Of a DNA stretch of 64,000 nt, positions 59,308-64,000 are shown in pieces. How positions within the stretch are numbered: position 1 is the stretch's first letter; every line of letters starts with the position of its first letter. Origin of the DNA: Octopus sinensis (taxonomy: Eukaryota). Made by a program: the position numbers and the translations under genes. Under the pieces are notes generated by a model, which did no database searches, was not told where the DNA came from, and worked only from the letters and a program-made list of their open reading frames with translations. The stretch lies in assembly GCF_006345805.1 (NCBI RefSeq), contig NC_043007.1:6014001-6078000 (forward strand), read 5' to 3'.

Positions 59308-62300
59308 CATCCACCCATCCATATATACATACATACATACTCAATCTGTTGGCAAGAAATTTTGAAATAAGACTAAATAATGACATCCATTCATGCATGC
59401 ATCTATGTATGTATGATTTTGATTTTAATTAGCAGAAGCAAATGACTTGAGGGCTGAGAGTTTTGTGCATAGCATTTATCAAACTGGTTTCAAATTAAGG
59501 GGACGTCTTTTATTAAAAAAATAACTTAAAATAATAAATATTATTATTTCTGGGTTGTTGTAAAAAAATATTAGATGGTCACAAAGATAATGCACATTTC
59601 TCAAATGGAACCATGAAAGTGAGGGAGGCAGTTTTATGCTAGATGTTGATGTAAAATAGACTGACGGAAAAGGTTTGTTGCTGCTGTGGATAAACAATAT
59701 ATAAATTGGAAAGAGAGATGTGAAAATAGTTTCCACTTATATAATGTGGTTTCCTCTAAAACAATATTATTTGGTCAACTTTGACCTTCACCATTTCAGG
59801 ATGGATAAAACAAGTTCCAGTCAAGTATTAGGCTCAGGGTAATCAACTTGACCCCTCCCTTCAAAATAGCTGGTCGAAATTTAAAAGAATTATTTCTTGG
59901 TTAATTGAAAGCCCATCTTTTGTATTGTTTTAGTATCTAACCATTTACCATTGTTTTTTCTTTTTACCTTCTTCTCTTCAGACTGGTGTGAAAGGGGTCA
60001 TCAATGATTGGCGTCAATTTAAAAAACTGGAGACCGAGAAAAGGCATGAGCAGGAACGCGAGAGGCAAGCATTGGCCAAGAAACTCACCCTGACCTGCAG
60101 GTCCCATGTAAGTATGAGGCACACCTCCCAACCATTTTGACAAAGCTCAAGTGAGTTTCATATGGAAATTACTGTTCCCATATCTAGGATGATGCAGCTA
60201 CACATCTCCACACATCCTTCACTGAAAATAAAGATTCTCCCTTTAGTATGATTAATATGAAATAGTTCAGCAATATATTCCGCTTTTCACTCACTCTGTT
60301 ATGCTGTTCTTTTCAGCAGGTCAAGTGGGATTAGCTGGAGACTCTTATTATTGTGCTTGGTATTTAGCTCTAAGTCAGCCCTAATCAAGCAGATTGGTGA
60401 TGAAATGCTTTCTATCTTTTTGTCTTTATTTTTAGGAATTGTCTTTTTAGCAGAGATTTTGGTTGTCATCTCTAGCATATTGAGACACCACACATAGCTG
60501 TCAGTGTCATCAACGTCAGGTCAAGCTTGCTTAGATTCACATGACCCTGGTTTCCCATTCATCAACTTTTCATGTGACACTTTCTGTCTGTAACATTCAG
60601 TGTCATCTGTCAGAATAATTAACCTATGTCCTCACAGGATGACCAATGTCCTACAGCCTTGTTCAGGTGTCTACAGAAAGGTGCCACTACTCAGCTCCTC
60701 ATTTAACAATGTCCACCAAACCAAATTCTTCTTACTAATGGTGTTGGATATATTAAGAAGCTGATTAAATAACCTCTCTCTGGTCAGGTGTTCTCTCCTG
60801 GTTATATTCAGAAGGCTATGAAACCTGTGTATGCAGGTGCGATCCAGTATAGTTTCATGTCCTTTTGCTTAGGGCCCAGGATGAAGAACTGTAAAGCAAC
60901 ATAGATTCAAGCAGAATTATTGATGCAATTTGGGGGAATCCATGACAATCATCATCTTCAAATGAAAAACTAAATTCCAGGACATTTGTTGAGAATACAT
61001 GTGCCTCTCATTTGCATTTAAATTAGTAACTGTTTCTTGATTGCTATGAGTTTGAAACGAATTAATTCATCATCATCATTTAACGTCTGCTTTCCATGCT
61101 AGCATGGGTTGGATGGTTTGACTGAGGACTGGTGAACCAGGTGGCTGCACCAGGCTCCAATCTGATCTGGCAAGGTTTCTACAGCTGGATGCCCTTCCTA
61201 ATGCCAACCACTCCGAGATTGTAGTGGGTGCTTTTACGTGCCACTGGCACAGGAGCCTGTCAGGCGGTACTGGCAACGACCTCGCTTGAATCTTTTTACA
61301 CATGCCAACGGCACAGGTGCCAGTAAGGCGATGCTGGTAATGATCCCACTCAAATGGTGCCTCATTCATGCCACCGGCACGGAAGCCAGTTAGCTGCTCT
61401 GGCAACGATCACACTCGGATGGTGCTCTTATATCTAAATTATATAAACAATGATGTTTATTGTGAATGAAACAAATGTAGAGCTCATCTGAATTATGAAC
61501 AAAATGCAAGATTTATTCTCTTTTTATTTTAAAGTTTTTTTTACTCTCAACAATTGTTTTTGTTGATTCTGTAGGTTGGTGCCAGTTTTGGCCTCTTGGA
61601 TTTATAGCACTCTAATAATGTGTTGTAGTTTTAGCATGTGTTTTTCATTGAGCTTTCAATGATTTCACTAAGCTATAGGGATGCTAATAACCCGACGTTT
61701 GAATTCAGTATATTAATGCTTTTGAGTAAATCAAGTACAGAGCCTAATATCAATGAATGAATGACAAAAGAACAGGAGTCACATAATCACTTTCATTAGC
61801 TTACAGCTGTTTCTGCTCTAAGAAGCAATGCGTTCAAAGTTGAGTGCTTGTGCAACATCGTTTTAGCTTTCTCAGAGCCATTTAAATGAAGTATGTATTT
61901 TTTTCTTTAGCTTGATGATGAGAAAGAAGAAGAGAAGGATAATAGATTCATGCAAGATATTGAGAAAGAACTGGAAGACTTAGAGGATGAGTTTATCAAA
62001 GAGTATCGCAGAAGAAGGTTAGAGGAAATGAGGAAACAACTAGATAACATGTGCGTATATTATTGTCTTCTAACTTATATTATCATCCATGTTTATGGAA
62101 TTTGGTAAAATGAATAACAGCTAAGTAGTGAGATACTAAAATAAAAATAAATTATGGATAACCATTTTGCGATTTCGAGAACTTGTGCTCATTATTATTA
62201 TTATTATTGGTTGAATTGTTAATATGGCTGACATAATGTTTAGCAATATTTTTTCCAGCTCTCTACCTTCTAATTTCAAATTATGCCATGGTTCACTTTG

Positions 62301-63772
62301 TTTTTCATCCTCAGTTCAACAGGTCTTCACAAGCACGGCATGTTGCCCAATGATTGAAGGGTGCTTTTTTAAACAGGCCAGTCATGTGACACATCAGCCA
62401 CGACTACAATCTCACTTGGCTTGCTGGGTCTTCTCAAGCACAGCATATCTCCAAAGGTCTCAGTCATTTGTCATTGCCCCTGTGAGGCCCAATGTTTGAA
62501 GGTCATGCTTCACCACTTCATCCTGTCTCTTCCTGGATCTGACTCTTCCACAGGTTCCCTTTACTGTTAGTGAGTGACACTTCTTCACACAGCTGTCCTC
62601 ATCCATTCACAATGCATAACCATACCCGCTCAGTTGTCTCTCTTGCACACCACATCTCATGCTTATAATGTTCAACTTTTCTCTCAGGGTGCTTTACACT
62701 CTGTTGTGTATGCACACTGATATTACACATCCAGTGGAACATACTGGCTTCATTTCTTTGAAGCCTACGCATGACCCTCAGCAGTCACAGTCCATCTTTC
62801 ACTGCACTGTAGGATGGCTGTTCGCATACAGACTCTAAGCAAGAGGCTCTTTGTTACCAGCAGAGGGAGGAGCTCTCTGAACTTTGGTTTTGCTAGGTTA
62901 ACTCTAAGGCCCTTCGATTCTAGACCTTGCTTCCACACCTGAAACTTTTTCTCTAGTTCTAGTAGTGACTCAGCTATTAGAGCAAGGTCATCAATAAGGA
63001 AGGGCTTCCAGGGGCAGCCTGTCTTGAATTCCTCTGTTATTGCCTGGACGACTATGACGAATAAGAGGGGGCTGAGGACTGATCCTTGGTGAACTCTTAC
63101 TTCTACCTTAATTCTTCACTATACTTGTTGCCAACCCTCACCTTACTGACAGCATCCCTATGGCTGGTACAGCTCTCACTAACCACTCATCTATCCCTAG
63201 TTTCAGCATTGATCACCAGATAAGGGATCAGGGGACCCTGTCAAAAGCTTTCTCCATGTCAACAAAAGCGAAATACAGAGGTTTATCTTTGGTTAGGAAT
63301 TTCTCCTTACCAGAAATATAGCATCAGTGGTACTTCTCCCTGGCTCAAACCCAAACTGCATCTCATCTAATCTAACTCTCTCCCTTATTAATTGGGTTAT
63401 GACCCTCTCCGTGACTTTCGTCACCTGACCCAACAACTTGATACCTCATATATACAAACATTCTTTCTATATGCATATACACATACATGCAGATACATAC
63501 AAACACATATAACCATATATACATATATACTCCCACCTGTACCTTTGTGTATTTATACATGCATTATACACTGTATTAATTTAATATATATTTATGTATT
63601 ATAAATACTCATATACACCTTCTCTAATTATTTAATCACCATTTTTTTCTTCTCTCTATTTCACTATAGACCAAAGTTTGGAAAAGTAATCAACTTGGCA
63701 TCAAATAATTTTGTAGATTCTATCGATAAGGAGAATCCCAATGTCACCATCATTGTACATATATTTGAAAAT
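57849..63772 (+). CDS. PDCL: Phosducin-like protein 1 (PhLP1), partial. Coding exons 57849-58037, 59982-60107, 61911-62050, 63670-63772; continues beyond the window
   Basis: MSLTLDDKLLGEKTHYYCSSSEEEE.../TGVKGVINDWRQFKKLETEKRHEQERERQALAKKLTLTCRSH/LDDEKEE...FIKEYRRRRLEEMRKQL/PKFGKVINL..FVDSIDKENPNVTIIVHIFE. Introns are GT-AG and in phase. Confidence 0.95.
58560..58918 (-). mobile_element. CR1/L2 LINE 3' fragment
   Basis: Translates to SNTRGHVYKVRKQHSSHDFQKHLFTLRVAEAWNKLPASVV..FKTSM. Confidence 0.75.
58968..59077 (+). ncRNA. Type-I hammerhead motif with a greatly extended stem II
   Basis: TCT-CTGAAGA-GGC-[79 nt containing the hairpin tgcctcattta..taaatgaggta]-GCC-GAA-AC-agct-GT-C-AGA. Confidence 0.65.
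62490..63410 (-). mobile_element. RTE-type LINE RT fragment, decayed
   Basis: Minus strand QFGFEPGRSTTDA..KPLYFAFVDMEKAFDRV..VHQGSVLSPLLFVIV. Same family as 51530-52160. Confidence 0.8.
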
Positions 63773-64000
63773 GTAAGTAAATTCTTTGATCAATTACAAC
63801 TCTTTTACTTCTAGAACACAACTGTTGCATTGATTTAATGGCACCGTTTCTGGATGTTACTCAAGTTAAGTAATATTTAGCAGTTGCCCTGGATGAGGTT
63901 GTAGCAAACCAAGCCATGATGAATCCTGAGACCTGGGAAAATCCGTGGAAATAATTTCTAGTCTTCTTTACTTTGGTGACTCTGAAAGTATTGTTAGCAA

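Overview
This is AT-rich, repeat-dense animal genomic DNA. The microsatellites and SINE/LINE families look like those of octopus (coleoid cephalopod); that assignment is inferred. There is one 100-N gap at 25291-25390. Four protein-coding genes can be read from exon/intron structure: (1) a divergent, signal-peptide-bearing PEBP-family gene with a hydrophobic C-terminal tail (minus strand, 4 coding exons, 4773-21255); (2) an uncharacterised single-coding-exon gene (plus, 32310-32957); (3) NAA10/ARD1 (minus, 7 coding exons, 38217-55025); (4) PDCL/PhLP1 (plus, from 57849, running off the window end). NAA10 and PDCL are head-to-head on a compact ETS-rich promoter. A tRNA-His(GUG) copy has two invariant bases mutated. 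Mobile DNA includes R4/Dong-type RLE retrotransposons in (TAA)n tracts, CR1 and RTE LINE fragments, mariner, hAT and piggyBac MITEs, and tRNA-derived SINEs, two of which have seeded tandem arrays. The most notable hidden signal is a set of minimal type-I hammerhead ribozyme motifs of the Penelope kind scattered through introns. One sits in the loop of a perfect 135-bp fold-back inserted with a 12-bp target-site duplication, and the empty target site is also present in the window. Most long ORFs in the supplied track are translations of repeats.
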